Below, one piece after another: positions 20,001-30,321 of a DNA stretch of 64,000 nt. Made by a program: the position numbers and the translations under genes. Each line of letters opens with the position of its first letter. The stretch's first letter is position 1. A model generated the notes under the pieces. The model ran no database searches and was not told where the DNA came from. It saw only the letters and a list, made by a program, of their open reading frames with translations. Origin of the DNA: Kofleriaceae bacterium. GTDB lineage: Bacteria; Myxococcota_A; Polyangia; Haliangiales; Haliangiaceae. The stretch is taken from NCBI GenBank assembly GCA_046597055.1, contig JBKJLC010000278.1, positions 1-64,000 of the forward strand. The letters are read 5' to 3'.

Positions 20001-20425
20001 GTCTGGTTGTCGTAGAGCCCGAGGAAGTCGTTCGAGGTGAGGAGCGTCTGCAGATCGGGCAGGTAGCCGTCGGGAAAGATCGCGTCGACCGCGCCGATCA
20101 GACGCTCGCGCTCGGCGTGCAGCGCCTTCAGCTGGGCCGAGGCGCTGGCCGGCGGCGCCAGGCCGAGCCGGCAGATGTCGCGGTACTCGTCACCGCGAAC
20201 GTCGACGGTGCCGCCCGCCGCCAGATCGTCGAGGTAGGAGATGCGCTTGCACACCAGGGTGTGCAGGGTCTCGCCGAAGGTCCCGGTGTCGACCGACTCG
20301 CGCTCCGAGTCGAAGGATGGATGGCACCCGGTGATCGCCAGCCCGACCAGGGTAGCGGCCGCAACCAGACGTCCGCCGAAGTAACACGAAGGTGACTCGG
20401 TGCGAGTCCCGCTCGAAATGACCAT
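17012..20425 (-). CDS. Large uncharacterised lipoprotein (~1137 aa)
   Basis: AGGAG RBS, lipobox LAITGC, strong GC3 bias, DANTDGLAD Ca-loop-like motif, several Cys, long amphipathic helices. Confidence 0.85.
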   Translation of the reverse strand: MVISSGTRTESPSCYFGGRLVAAATLVGLAITGCHPSFDSERESVDTGTFGETLHTLVCKRISYLDDLAAGGTVDVRGDEYRDICRLGLAPPASASAQLKALHAERERLIGAVDAIFPDGYLPDLQTLLTSNDFLGLYDNQTATTAIDSLIATLRFLAADDPAMASLERLGHRLGYRPLTPALGAVRALVNYPELHDLVLTFTTAITPGGAARGEWENLVDAVGISMRNAEAPDDPTSANRTLRIALDFLLRERTLLGTTMQVPLATRDARGVVQVLRPGGALPAPFVDANTDGLADIDALGRFVDSTGAAVEAPAPFTLPDDVTATPWQFRDPLGRALTAEGGALIYQYVDLDKTVMAALARDSLQLFDPQKGTAFDLMRGASALVGAREEATKVYPGGESLTYRGYNTDESPLLDMTYGYLQLLRDPAIYDTLALARTLMQTHDAEAARLAEAVVAAARKGDDHPEAVIAPGAPLWDDLTPVIKAILDRPALVQALMTAMERPETALLGERFRKFMVYKDRFDISAQNQAVVGAFVTMVDRTAADNAFNRSIFQRILHTIADSNGARACNKQGARVLDPVTGVIPLATYNECALFRVDNLATFYVQSIAYAKSGTQYVCETDAGAFDSTTTAATPEGCVSQGRRPRPKANFNYNWGGLVQGAVDLIGGDDFIEGQVGIAGMRTHPTPEALNRVLFLSPTPAYLLNIIEPLRDRDGDLYSAQHAGTLPVWEKDGFYDQIRPVVQAFADNNAEQLFVDMLVVLHKHWPTLRSVNHQSTSPTSPGYVFGSGGMTYEPLMADVLADGTLMGALTATAPRLNAVTANGKTYEEIVRVAARYLFTPQAGLADRQGRAATTTSDGRMVTQLTPWHLLADGYKRKTARMAMAGAEGEAWTDSISEVVDVLTRGIDVPQQGWRFRNPRMRGVSSALIDLIENRLRAHDTAGDRAAWLSQQLPADLEEVLTSPVFAGAADFVLSLQATPETRAHLEQLMQYLVDEASSSQSFVTSLTAMADIAQIALDDRDLVPIAHVIGEMIRPERGWLEAQLLFVRDARASDANQALARMLVNLYVEHRPGHTAVGDLIDGLSEVLRARPYEELGARYTAADYRATLTGVADFLDEEKRGLRKFISIIKSRNL

Positions 20426-20478
20426 GCCCCACTCCTTTGAACCGCAGTCAATGTGCCTGGATAACGAAGCGAATACAC

Positions 20479-20508
20479 ACGCTAAACTTTCGTCGTTGCG
20501 GGCGTCAA
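20479..20508 (-). promoter_or_regulatory. sigma70-type promoter of the lipoprotein-fadL operon
   Basis: TTGACG (20508-20503), N18, TAGCGT (20484-20479). Confidence 0.55.
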
Positions 20509-20724
20509 TCAGAACGTAACCCACCGGAAACTACACTGACGAAATCGCGTGGCGGGGCACACCAACGCGCTGCGTCGTGTCAGTGCAAAGACGGCGGTTA
20601 CGTCGTGAGGGGGCCGTGAGGACCTGGTGCAGCGAGCGGACGCATCGACGCCCGTGCTGGCGCCGGGGAGCGGATGTGACACGGTGCACGGGGCCGTCGA
20701 ATCAGCGCGGTCGGCAGAGCGTCG

Positions 20725-22182
20725 ATGATCGTGATGCCCGAGCGGCCGAGGCGAGTGACCGGACTGGAGGGGCTGCGGCTCCCCGGTGGGGTTCGCCTCG
20801 ACGTCGCGGTCGCCGAGGGCGGCAGTGGCGTGGTCTTCCGCGGTCGCCACGAGGGCCTCGGCCGGGACGTGGCGGTCAAGGTCAGCCATGCCGCCGACGA
20901 GCAGGCCGCGGCCCGCGCGCTGCGTGAGGCGCGCATCGTCGCCGCGCTCGACGCGCCCGGGATCGTCCGGGTTTACCAGTGCGGACGGCTCGACGACGGT
21001 CGGGCCTGGGTCGCGATGGAGTGGATCGATGGCGTCACGCTCGAGGACGCGGCCGACCGGCGGTGGCCGGCGGCGCAGGTCGCGGACGCCGGCGCGCGGA
21101 TCGCGGCCGCGCTGGCGCGTGCGCACGCGGCCGGGGTGGTCCATCGCGACCTCAAGCCGGCCAACGTGATGATCCGCCGCGGCGGCGAGATCGTCGTGGT
21201 CGACTTCGGCATCGCGCGCGCGAGCGGCGAGGCGGCGACCAGCCAGAGCCGGCTGGCGGGCACGCCCCACTACATGGCGCCCGAGCAGGCGCTCGGCGAC
21301 GCGGTCGATGCGCGCACCGATTTGTACGCGCTCGGCTGCGTGCTGTACCGGCTGGCCTCCGGGCACGTGCCGTTCGAGGGTGCGGCGATCGAGGTCATGC
21401 TCGCGCACCTCGGCCAGGTGCCGCCGCCGATCCCGGGTTGCGAGCCCCGACTCGCGGCGCTGATCTTCCGGCTGCTGGCCAAGCGACCGGGCGACCGGCT
21501 CGGCGACGCGGCGGCATGCGCCGGCGAGCTGGCGCGGCTGGCCCGATCGCTCGGCGGCCCCGAGCGGCCGGATCCGGCGGCCATCTCCGGCCGGGCCGCC
21601 ACCGCGCCGGCGCCGGTGCGGGTCGCCCCGGTCGATCCGTTCCTGACGACGATGCAGGCCGGGCTGACGCTGCCTCGGCGCCGCCGGCGGGCCGCGCCGG
21701 TCCGCGGCCTGCCGCTGGTGATCGCGGTGCTGGCGGCGGTCGGCGCGGTGGCCGCGTCTGGCTTCCAGATCGTGCGCGGCCTGCGCGAGGTGCCGCTGGC
21801 CGCGGTGATCTCGCCGGCCCCGCCGTCCGAGCCGTCGGCGCCGCCGCCGCTCGATCCCGACGCGCCGGTGGTGCTGGTGGTCGACAACGGGTTCGCCATG
21901 CGCGCCACCCTGCCCCGCGCGCCGGTCGCCGGGGCGGAGATGGTGGTCGAGCTGGCGATCTGGGACGATGAGGGCCGCCCGATCTCGGCGCGCGAGGTCG
22001 CGATCACCGTGCGCGATCCCGCCGGCGTCACGGTCGCGCTGGGCGTGCGGGGCACGGCCGGTGTGTTCCGGGTCCGCCAGCGCGCCGCCCTGGCCGGCAC
22101 GTACGTCATCACCACGTTCGCGCCCAGCGGCGAGACCACGTTCGCGGTCCGGGTCGAGGTCAGCCCGACCCCCGCGGCGTGA
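20725..22182 (+). CDS. Membrane Ser/Thr protein kinase with C-terminal Ig-like domain
   Basis: [34 protein letters not shown], beta-rich C-terminus. Confidence 0.92.
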   Translation: MIVMPERPRRVTGLEGLRLPGGVRLDVAVAEGGSGVVFRGRHEGLGRDVAVKVSHAADEQAAARALREARIVAALDAPGIVRVYQCGRLDDGRAWVAMEWIDGVTLEDAADRRWPAAQVADAGARIAAALARAHAAGVVHRDLKPANVMIRRGGEIVVVDFGIARASGEAATSQSRLAGTPHYMAPEQALGDAVDARTDLYALGCVLYRLASGHVPFEGAAIEVMLAHLGQVPPPIPGCEPRLAALIFRLLAKRPGDRLGDAAACAGELARLARSLGGPERPDPAAISGRAATAPAPVRVAPVDPFLTTMQAGLTLPRRRRRAAPVRGLPLVIAVLAAVGAVAASGFQIVRGLREVPLAAVISPAPPSEPSAPPPLDPDAPVVLVVDNGFAMRATLPRAPVAGAEMVVELAIWDDEGRPISAREVAITVRDPAGVTVALGVRGTAGVFRVRQRAALAGTYVITTFAPSGETTFAVRVEVSPTPAA

Positions 22183-22195
22183 TACAAGCGCGGAC

Positions 22196-23005
22196 GTGGA
22201 TCCACACGTCCTGCCGATCCTCCGCTGCCCGCGCTGCAGCGGGATCGGGTCGTTCAACGCGAGCCGCGGCCTGGCCTGCACCCGCTGTGGCCTGACGATC
22301 GTCGCCGAGCGCGGCTTCTACGACCTGCTCGACATCGCTCACCGCGGCGAGCCGCCGGCCAACAGCACCGAGCAGCGGCTGATGGAGAGCGAGCTGGTCG
22401 CGCGCGCGTACGAGCGGCTGTGGCGGCCCACGTTCGTCCGCCTGCTCGCCGGTCGTGGCGCCGGCGCGGCGGTCGGCGGCTTCGCCGGCGAGCTGTTCAT
22501 TCACAAGCACGCGCTCGGGCTCGACGACCACGCCGGCCCGTGGCTCGACCTGTCGTGCGGCCCCGGCCTGTTCACGCGGGCGATCGCGGCGTCGGCGCCA
22601 GGCGCGCTGGTGGTGGGGCTCGACATCTCGCGCGCGATGCTCGACCTCGCGGCCAAGCGCGCCCGCGGCTACGGCAACGTCGTGCTGATTCGCGGCGATG
22701 CCCATCAGCTGCCGTTCGCCGACAGCGTCCTCGAGGGCATCAACAACGGCGGCGCCCTGCACGCCTACGACGATGCCGAGCAGGTCTTCCGCGAGATCTG
22801 GCGCACGCTGCGTCCGGGCGGCGTCTACGTCGGCTCCACGTTCGCCGAGGCGCCGTCGCTGGTCGGCCGGCTGGCGGCGCGGATCGCCGGCATCCGCCGC
22901 TACGATCCGGGCGAGCTGCGCGCTCAGCTGTCACGGCTCGGCTTCGCCGAGTACGAGGAGCTCCGGCTCGGCGGCGCGTTCGTGTTCAAGACCCGCAAGC
23001 CCTGA
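22196..23005 (+). CDS. Class I SAM-dependent methyltransferase with N-terminal Zn ribbon
   Basis: LRCPRC...CTRC, motif [31 protein letters not shown]. Confidence 0.9.
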   Translation: MDPHVLPILRCPRCSGIGSFNASRGLACTRCGLTIVAERGFYDLLDIAHRGEPPANSTEQRLMESELVARAYERLWRPTFVRLLAGRGAGAAVGGFAGELFIHKHALGLDDHAGPWLDLSCGPGLFTRAIAASAPGALVVGLDISRAMLDLAAKRARGYGNVVLIRGDAHQLPFADSVLEGINNGGALHAYDDAEQVFREIWRTLRPGGVYVGSTFAEAPSLVGRLAARIAGIRRYDPGELRAQLSRLGFAEYEELRLGGAFVFKTRKP

Positions 23006-23040
23006 CGCGCCCACCGGACGTCAGCGCGGTGCGGGCCGGC

Positions 23041-24171
23041 TCACCAGGTGCCGGACAGCATCGTGACCGCCGCCCCGGTGCCGCCCTGGGCCCGGGTGAG
23101 CCCGACGCCGCCCGTGGTCCAGCCGGTCCGTCCGCGCTGGAACAGCGCTGCAGGCGCGGCGTCGGCGGTGCCCGGGTCGCCGGTCATGCCGCGGGTCCAG
23201 CGGAAGCCGAGGTACACGCCGGCCACCAGGCCGGCCGCCGACAGGAAGCCGAAGGTCTGCTCGTCGGCGCTGGTGCTGTCGTCGCTGGACAGGCCGTACA
23301 GGATCCACGGCGCTGCCGCGCCGACCAGGGCCAGCCCGTTGACCCGCACCATGCGCCGGGGGGTGATGTCGGTGCGGCGCGCGGCGACGTGCCCGACCAG
23401 GTAGCCGCCGCCGATGCCGAGCACGCCGTTGAGCGAGTACGCCTCGCCCTCCGGTGGATCGATCGCCAGGCCGAGCGTGAGCCCGCCGACCAGGCCCCAG
23501 GCGGCCATCGAGTCGATGAGCGCGTGATCGCCAGCCGTGAGCTCGGGCGCGCCGAGCACGTGGGCAGCGAGCCCGCCGCCGAGCCCGCCCAGCACCATGC
23601 CGCCGAAGACGTCGCCCGGCGTGGTCCCGCCCAGGCCCGTCACGACGTCGGCGAACAGGCCGCCCGCGATCGCGCCGGCGACGATGCCACCGGCGTACTT
23701 GACGAAGCCGGTGGTGCGCGGCGCGGGCGCAGGTGTCCACGGCACGTCGCGCTCGACCGGCGGTGGCGCGACCTCGACCGGCGCGAAGTCGGGTGGTGGC
23801 GATGGCGGCGGCGCATCGGAGATGCCGAGGCGCGCGTTGAGCTCCGCGAGCAGCGCGCGGGCCGCCGCCGCCGACGGCCCCTGCGGGCTGCGCACCACCG
23901 CCTCGACCACGAGTTGCTTGGCGTCGGCGTGGGCACCCTCGCCAGTCAGGACGCGGGCGCGCCCGAGCAGGGCCTCGGCGACCGCATCGTCGACCTCGGG
24001 ATCACCGGCGGCGGGCGCAGCCGGCGCGTCGTCGTAGGGATCGCGGGGGGCGTCGGCGCCCACCGGCTGACCGGGCCCGGGCGTCGCCGGCTGCGCGACC
24101 GCGGCCGTGCCCCCGCCGAGCAAGACACCGAGTCCAACGGTGAACGCGGCGAGGCGGCGCACGGGGGTCAC
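23041..24171 (-). CDS. Hypothetical exported/membrane protein with TPR-like hairpin and Gly-rich hydrophobic segments
   Basis: Signal peptide (AVA-Q), one TPR-like pair, six Gly-rich hydrophobic helices, terminal W. Confidence 0.75.
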   Translation of the reverse strand: MTPVRRLAAFTVGLGVLLGGGTAAVAQPATPGPGQPVGADAPRDPYDDAPAAPAAGDPEVDDAVAEALLGRARVLTGEGAHADAKQLVVEAVVRSPQGPSAAAARALLAELNARLGISDAPPPSPPPDFAPVEVAPPPVERDVPWTPAPAPRTTGFVKYAGGIVAGAIAGGLFADVVTGLGGTTPGDVFGGMVLGGLGGGLAAHVLGAPELTAGDHALIDSMAAWGLVGGLTLGLAIDPPEGEAYSLNGVLGIGGGYLVGHVAARRTDITPRRMVRVNGLALVGAAAPWILYGLSSDDSTSADEQTFGFLSAAGLVAGVYLGFRWTRGMTGDPGTADAAPAALFQRGRTGWTTGGVGLTRAQGGTGAAVTMLSGTW

Positions 24172-24286
24172 GCTTCCCGGAGTACCACCGCGGCCGGGTC
24201 GGTTCAACGGAGCGCGGCGCCCGCCGTGCGGACGGACACAGCGGGCGGCACCGCCGCGCGCGGCGTCGGCGCGCCGGACCGACCGG

Positions 24287-25687
24287 TCACGGCAGCGTCG
24301 GGATCACCGGCAACGGCTGCGTGGACGACCGGTCGCGCTGCCACGACTTCTTGTAGAAGAAGACGAACACGACCTGGATCATCGACAGGATCGGCACCGC
24401 GAACAGGGCGCCGATCAGGCCGTAGCTGTGCTCGCCGAGCACCAGCGAGAAGATCACCAGCACCGGATGGATCTTGGTGGCGGCGCCGATGATCTTGGGG
24501 TTGAGGAAGTTGGCCTCGATGAAGTGGATGCCGACGATCCACGCGACCATGGCGACGCCGCGGACCACGTCGAGGCCGTGCTCGCCCGAGACCAGCGCGG
24601 CGAGGACGATCGGTACCGTCGACAGGATCGAGCCGAAGATCGGGATGAGGCTCAGCGCGGCGGCGACGAACGCGAGGATCAGCGCGTACTTCACGTCGAA
24701 GATGAACAGGCCGATGTAGGTGAGGACCCCGTTGATCAAGCAGATCAGCAGCTGGCCGCGGATCACGCCGGACAGTCCGCGATCGATCCCGTTGATGATC
24801 ACGTCGTAGTCGTCGCGCACGTGCGGCGGGAACAGGCTGCGCATGAACGCGTGCACCTTCTCCATGTCGATCAAGATGAAGGCGCCGATCATGAGCACGA
24901 GGAAGAACGTGAAGATGCCCTTGATCAACGTGGCGATCAGGGCCTGGCCGAACCGGAACGCATCGTCGAGCCGCGACTGCAGGCCGCCCATGCCCTTGCC
25001 GAGGAAGGCGCGCAGCTTCTCCTCGAGGGTCACGGTCACCGGCGCCTCGTCGGTCGGCAGGATGCGCACGGCGCCGTCCTGCTCGGTGCGCACCACCACG
25101 CCGGTCGCGGTCAGCTGGGCCGCGTAGCGACCGTCGGGCAGCGGCGTGATCGTGAACGCGGTGCCCGGCGGCAGCGGCACGTCGGGGACCAGCGGCGCCT
25201 CTTCGGGCAGGGCCCGCTTCGGCGCCAGCGACGGAAAGCGCTCCTCGAGGTAGCGCGCCAGCTGCGGCGTGTACTCCTCGTTCACCTTCTTGTAGAGCGC
25301 CGGCATCTCCTTGCCGATGCGCGCGACGTCCTTGTAGAGGCGCGGCACCAGCAAGAAGAAGAACCCGACCACCGCCGCGATGAAGATGATGTAGCAGATG
25401 ATGATCGCGAGCCCGCGTGGCATCCGGCTGGTGCCGTCCTTGCGGTGCGCCATCCAGCGGATCACCGGCGCCAGCACGTAGGCGATCAGCGCCGCGAAGA
25501 TGAACGGCAGCAGCACCTTGCGGCCGAGCACGAGCACCAGCACCACGAACAGCGGGAAGCCCCACCGGCGGAGGAACGTGCGCACCGGCCCCCCGGGTCC
25601 GAGCAGCGTCCGCCGCGCCGGCGCGGTGCTCGACGGGTCGGCGGCAGCTGGGGTCGAGCCGCTCGGTTCAATCGGAGGAGAAGCCAT
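24287..25687 (-). CDS. AI-2E family transporter
   Basis: LLPFIFAALIAYVLAP, IRGQLLIC, LIPIFG, EANFLNPKIIG, IHPVLVIFSL, GALFAVP. Confidence 0.93.
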   Translation of the reverse strand: MASPPIEPSGSTPAAADPSSTAPARRTLLGPGGPVRTFLRRWGFPLFVVLVLVLGRKVLLPFIFAALIAYVLAPVIRWMAHRKDGTSRMPRGLAIIICYIIFIAAVVGFFFLLVPRLYKDVARIGKEMPALYKKVNEEYTPQLARYLEERFPSLAPKRALPEEAPLVPDVPLPPGTAFTITPLPDGRYAAQLTATGVVVRTEQDGAVRILPTDEAPVTVTLEEKLRAFLGKGMGGLQSRLDDAFRFGQALIATLIKGIFTFFLVLMIGAFILIDMEKVHAFMRSLFPPHVRDDYDVIINGIDRGLSGVIRGQLLICLINGVLTYIGLFIFDVKYALILAFVAAALSLIPIFGSILSTVPIVLAALVSGEHGLDVVRGVAMVAWIVGIHFIEANFLNPKIIGAATKIHPVLVIFSLVLGEHSYGLIGALFAVPILSMIQVVFVFFYKKSWQRDRSSTQPLPVIPTLP

Positions 25688-25750
25688 CGGCACCCGTCTT
25701 AGCGCAGGTTGTCCCGGAAGTCCGGACGCCCTCGCCTTCGATGCCCCGGT

Positions 25751-27361
25751 TCAGGGCTGACGGCCGCCGCCACGCCAGCCGCCAGACAGCCAGCCGCCCA
25801 CGCGGCCGAGGACGGACGGACGCTCGGCACGGTCGGTCAGCTCGGCGCTGGTGAGCCCGTGATCGATCTCCGCGACCGGCAGGGCGACCTCCGCGCTGGC
25901 GCCGAGGAGCGTCCGCCCGACCTGGTCGGCGATCGCCAGCCGGGGCTCGGCCCGGCGCTCGCGCGGCGCCGGCCGGACCGGCACGGTGCGATCGCGGCCG
26001 ACCTCGGGCCGCGCCGCGCCCCAGCGCCGGCAGCCGGCACAGCGCCAGGCGAACTGGATCGTGCGCCGGCCGCAGTGGCTACAGCGCCACGATGCGCCGT
26101 CGGCCCAGGCCAGCGCGCCGCCGTCGCCGCACAGCGCGGCCAGCTCGGCAACGATCGCGGCTTGATCGCCGGACGCGAGCGCGAGCCGCGCCGCGGCGAT
26201 GCGGGCCGGCAGGTACTCGGGTGAGGACGCCGCGACCAGGCGAAACCGCTCGAGCGCGGCGGCGGCGTCGTACGGACCGATCGCCTCGGCCGCGGCCACG
26301 CCAAGATGCGAGCTGTGCGAGGTCGCGGCCAGCTCGCCCAGGGTAGCGGCGGTGGCGAGCGCGGCCGCGCGGTCGAGCGCGGGATCGGCCCCGGCCGGCG
26401 CCGCCGCGATGATCGTCGCGCCGTCGTCCTCGAGCTCGTCGAGACCAGCCGCGAGGACCGGGCGACGCTCGTCGATACCGGGCCGGCCGACCGGGCTGAC
26501 CGCGATCGGCTCGCCCCTGCCGCGGCTGCCGGCGAGCTGGCGCTCGGCCTCGAACAGCCCCGGCACCAGGAAGCGGGTCAGCTCGGGCGCCGCCAGCAGG
26601 GCCTGCCGCAGGCGCTCGCGGGCCGCCTTGGGCTGCTTGCGGGCGGCCGCGAGCTCGGCGGCCGCGACCAGGAAGTGCGCGCTCTCGCTGGTGGCGGTGG
26701 CGTCGCCATCCTCGTCGCTGCCGGGCTCGGCCCGGGCGTCCTTGAGCAGCCGCTTGGCGCTGTCGAGATCACCGGCGGCGATCGCGCGCTGGGCGGCCGC
26801 GCACAGCAGGTGATGCTGACGGCGCGGGGTGCGATCACCGCGCAGCTTGGCCAGCCGCATCCACGCGCCGGCCGCCTCGGCGAACCGGCCCTGCTCCTCG
26901 TAGAGCCCGCACAGCGCGCGCAGCGCGCCTTCGTGGCGCGGCTCGGACACCAGCACCTCCTCGAGCGCGCGCACCGCCCGCCGGGGCATGCCGGTGGCGC
27001 GGAAGTCGAGGCCCAGCTCGTACAGCGCGCGCAGCCGCAGCCGACTCGAAGCGCCCTCGCGCACCGCGAGCGCCTGGTGAACGCGGATCGCCCGCTCGTG
27101 CTCGCCGCAGCTGCGGAACAACGCGGCCAGCGCGAAGTAGGGCTCGCTGTCGTCGACGTTCTCCTCGACGACCTTGCGCAGCTCGGCGATCACGGTGTGG
27201 TGGTCGCGCGCGATCAGGTGGGTGAGCGCGCGCATGTAGGCGCGGCCGTGCCGGGCCGAGCGCCGCAGCATGCGGTCGTCGGGCACGTAGTAGCGGCCGA
27301 TCAGGACGCCGGTGGCGAGCGCACCGAAGCCGACCAGCAAGATGATCAGCGCGGCGCCCAC
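25751..27361 (-). CDS. lapB: LapB-like LPS assembly protein (TM, TPRs, rubredoxin-like domain)
   Basis: FALAALFRSCGEHERAIRVHQAL, ELGLDFRATG, WRCSHCG...WRCAGCRRWG; directly downstream of a lapA-like gene. Confidence 0.75.
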   Translation of the reverse strand: MGAALIILLVGFGALATGVLIGRYYVPDDRMLRRSARHGRAYMRALTHLIARDHHTVIAELRKVVEENVDDSEPYFALAALFRSCGEHERAIRVHQALAVREGASSRLRLRALYELGLDFRATGMPRRAVRALEEVLVSEPRHEGALRALCGLYEEQGRFAEAAGAWMRLAKLRGDRTPRRQHHLLCAAAQRAIAAGDLDSAKRLLKDARAEPGSDEDGDATATSESAHFLVAAAELAAARKQPKAARERLRQALLAAPELTRFLVPGLFEAERQLAGSRGRGEPIAVSPVGRPGIDERRPVLAAGLDELEDDGATIIAAAPAGADPALDRAAALATAATLGELAATSHSSHLGVAAAEAIGPYDAAAALERFRLVAASSPEYLPARIAAARLALASGDQAAIVAELAALCGDGGALAWADGASWRCSHCGRRTIQFAWRCAGCRRWGAARPEVGRDRTVPVRPAPRERRAEPRLAIADQVGRTLLGASAEVALPVAEIDHGLTSAELTDRAERPSVLGRVGGWLSGGWRGGGRQP

Positions 27362-27814
27362 TCAGGTCCTCCGCAGGTCGTCACCGGCGTCGTCGCCGTC
27401 GGCGTCGGCGTCGAACGCACGATCGATCGCGACCAGCACCCTGGCCGCGTCGGCGTCGGGCGACTCCGGCAGATCCTCGAGCGGCGACGGCTCGACGAAC
27501 GGCAGGTTGCGCAGCCGGATCAGCTCCTTCTCCAGCCGCGTGATCAGGCCCTCATACTGCCGGCGCCGCCACAGGTAGTACATGCTCCACAACAACAGCG
27601 CGGCCAGCGCCAGGGTCGCGAGCAGCCAGCCCGCGATCAGCAGCGGCAGCCAGATCTGGAGCTGGCGCTCGGGGGCGAGGTCGACCAGCCACGGCGGCAC
27701 GTCGACCGACACCCAGCTGCCGTTCGCGACCAGGAACAGCCCGACGATCATGCCGAGGGCGATGAAGGTGAGCGTCACCGTCGCCTTCGCCGCGATGCGG
27801 AGCCAGCGGATCAC
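27362..27814 (-). CDS. lapA: LapA-like membrane protein
   Basis: Two TM segments around LFLVAN-VSV, then coiled RLEKELIRLRNLP; abuts lapB. Confidence 0.65.
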   Translation of the reverse strand: MIRWLRIAAKATVTLTFIALGMIVGLFLVANGSWVSVDVPPWLVDLAPERQLQIWLPLLIAGWLLATLALAALLLWSMYYLWRRRQYEGLITRLEKELIRLRNLPFVEPSPLEDLPESPDADAARVLVAIDRAFDADADGDDAGDDLRRT

Positions 27815-27833
27815 CGGCCGAGTCTACTCCGGT

Positions 27834-30272
27834 TCAGACGACGCCGGTGTGGCCGGCCAGGATCTGCGCGTTGGCCAGCCGACGCGCGTCGGCCTCCACC
27901 CGCATCACCGACCACAGCTCGGGGCTGGCTGCGACCACCTCGTAGAAGTCGCGCGGCGGCAGCACCGCGAGCTCGCACGGCCCGGCCGCGATCACCGACG
28001 CCGACGCCATCTCGCCGGACAGGAGCGACATCTCGCCGAAGTACGAGCCCTCGCCGAGCGTCGCGAGCACGACCCCGCGCCGATCGCTGGCGCGGCGGAC
28101 GACCTCGACCGCCCCGAGGACGATCAGGTACAGGCCGCCGGCGCGCTCGCCCTGACGCACGATCGCCTGCCCGCTCTCCGCGTGGAGCGGGTGGAAGCGA
28201 GACAGGAGCGGCGGCCGCTGCTCGTCGGGCACCAGCGCGAACAGCCGGGTCGTGAACAGCAGGTTCGACAGCAGGCGCTCGCGGTAGAAGCTCTCGAGCG
28301 CGGGCCCGACCTCGCGGTAGCTCGCCGCCAGCTCGCGCAGGAGCAGGCGCGGGATCTCGTAGATCTCGCACTCGGTCACCGCGCGCACCGTGGCGTGACG
28401 GCGGCGATCCGCGAGCAGCGCAAACTCGCCGAACAGCGAGCCGTCGGACAGCCGGGCGATCTCGACCATCTCGCTGCCGTCGGGCGCGCGCTTGTGCACC
28501 GCGACCTCGCCGTGGACGATCACGTAGCAGGCGGCGCCGGGCTCCCCCTCGCGGATGATCACCTCGCCCGCCGCGTACTGCTTCACGACCGCGCGCTGGG
28601 ACAGCTCGACCGCCGCCTCGGGCGGCAGCATCGAGAATACGCCGAGCGGACCTTCGAGCGCAGCGCCATCGGGTCCGAGCGCCAGCAAGGTCGCGTCGAA
28701 CGACCGGTCGAAGGTCGCCGAGACTGGATCATCGACCGGCGGCCGCGGGTCCGCCCGCAGGTCACCGCGCAGGGTGGTGTCGCGCGGGGACTCGGCCCGG
28801 CTGGCGCCCGCCGATGGCGATGACGCCGAGCCGACGCCGGGGGCCGAGCCCAGCCCCTGGGGCGTCATCCCGGGCGGATGGGTCGGCTCGTCGTCGTCGT
28901 GCTCGTCGTGCCGATCATGGCCCGCCGGGTCGTCGTGATCGTCGCGGGTCGCGTTGGCCGGATCGTTGGCCTCGGTCGCGTCGATCCGCGGCACCCGCCC
29001 GGTGGTCGACGCCCCGTCGTCGCCGGGATCGGTGCCCGGCTCGCTGCCATCGAGCGAGTCGAGCGCGGCGTCGAGCGGCAGGTCGGTCGGGGTCGTCTCG
29101 GCGGGCACGAGATCGAGCAGCGCGAGGTCGTTGGCCGACAGCTTCGGGCGCTTGCGGGTCGCCATCTCACGCGCGAAGTCGCTGACCGACGGACGCTCGA
29201 TGATCTCGGGCCGGACCTCGGTCTTCGCGTCGGGGGCGTCGTCACCGGCGCTGCCAGCACGCCCGGGTGGCCGCGGTGGCGGCGGCCGACTTGCCGGCTC
29301 GCGGTGCGGCGGCGGTCGGGTCTGCGAGGTGATGCGCGGCAGCGCCGTGCGCGGCGGCGGCGGCGGTGGCGGTGACGACGGCGACCCCGGGGGCCGCACC
29401 GCGAGCGGCGGCGTCTGGGTGCCCGACTTGGCGCGGATCGGGCTGCGCACCTGGGTCAGGGGAATCACGGTATCGCCGTCGTCATCGGTCGACGAGCGAT
29501 CGGCCGGGCGCAGCGACGGCTGCGGCGTCGGTGCCATGTGCGCGAGCCGCTCCGCCATCTCGACCACGCTGTCGCGCCCGATCGTGTCGTGGAGGGCGAG
29601 CGGGTCCGGTAGCGGCGTGTCGACGTCGAGCGTGCTGGGCCGGCTGGCTGGCGTCGGGGTCGGGGTCGGGGTCGGGCCCATGGTCGCGCCGCGCGCGGGC
29701 GCCGGCGCGGTCGACGAGATCGGCGGCCCCGACGGCCCCCGCGCCACCCGATCGATCAGCGACGGGACCGCCGGCGGAGCCGGCGGCGGCGGCACGTGCT
29801 TCATCGTCGACGCGACCGAGCCGAGCTCGCGCACCGACACTTCGGCCGGCAGGACCCGCGTGCGCGAGACGGTGCCGCTCGCCGGCGACAGGCCCGGCTG
29901 GGCGACCACCGGGGCCGGCCCGGTCCCTGCGGCCGACGGCCCGGTCGGCGGCGGCATGGTCGGCGCACGGCCGCCCGGGGGCCCGAACGGCGGCACGATG
30001 GTCGCGCTGGTGCTGCGCTCGAGGTGCAGGAGCATGCCGTAGAGCTCGCTGTCCTCGGGCGCCAGCTCGAGCGCACTGCGGCACACCGCGGCAGCCTGGC
30101 CGTTGCGGCCTTGCTCGGCGTAGGCGCGTGCCACCGAGCGGTACAGCTCGAGCGCCTCGTGCGTGCGCAGGCCCTCGCGATAGGCCGCAGCCAGCTGGAG
30201 CCGCACCGCCAGATTGCCGGGCTCCTTCTTGAGCTCGCGCTCGAGATCGCGGATGGGACGCTTGGTGCTCAT
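27834..30272 (-). CDS. TPR + tandem cyclic-nucleotide-binding domain protein
   Basis: N-terminal TPR, ~450-aa Pro/Asp-rich linker, cNMP1 ([21 protein letters not shown]), cNMP2 (VRQGE, FGEMSLL, ASASVIA). Confidence 0.9.
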   Translation of the reverse strand: MSTKRPIRDLERELKKEPGNLAVRLQLAAAYREGLRTHEALELYRSVARAYAEQGRNGQAAAVCRSALELAPEDSELYGMLLHLERSTSATIVPPFGPPGGRAPTMPPPTGPSAAGTGPAPVVAQPGLSPASGTVSRTRVLPAEVSVRELGSVASTMKHVPPPPAPPAVPSLIDRVARGPSGPPISSTAPAPARGATMGPTPTPTPTPASRPSTLDVDTPLPDPLALHDTIGRDSVVEMAERLAHMAPTPQPSLRPADRSSTDDDGDTVIPLTQVRSPIRAKSGTQTPPLAVRPPGSPSSPPPPPPPRTALPRITSQTRPPPHREPASRPPPPRPPGRAGSAGDDAPDAKTEVRPEIIERPSVSDFAREMATRKRPKLSANDLALLDLVPAETTPTDLPLDAALDSLDGSEPGTDPGDDGASTTGRVPRIDATEANDPANATRDDHDDPAGHDRHDEHDDDEPTHPPGMTPQGLGSAPGVGSASSPSAGASRAESPRDTTLRGDLRADPRPPVDDPVSATFDRSFDATLLALGPDGAALEGPLGVFSMLPPEAAVELSQRAVVKQYAAGEVIIREGEPGAACYVIVHGEVAVHKRAPDGSEMVEIARLSDGSLFGEFALLADRRRHATVRAVTECEIYEIPRLLLRELAASYREVGPALESFYRERLLSNLLFTTRLFALVPDEQRPPLLSRFHPLHAESGQAIVRQGERAGGLYLIVLGAVEVVRRASDRRGVVLATLGEGSYFGEMSLLSGEMASASVIAAGPCELAVLPPRDFYEVVAASPELWSVMRVEADARRLANAQILAGHTGVV

Positions 30273-30321
30273 GGAGCGGTCACGATCACGCGCGCCACCG
30301 GCAACGGCTGGCGCGAGCGGC

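Noticed and set aside
17468..20395. 975-aa plus-strand ORF (and similar ORFs at 78..1901, 2033..4057, 31621..33696, 49706..52237)
   Set aside because: Shadow ORFs opposite well-supported genes.
29651..29676. (gtcggg)n hexamer run
   Set aside because: Encodes an ordinary PTPTPTP linker.
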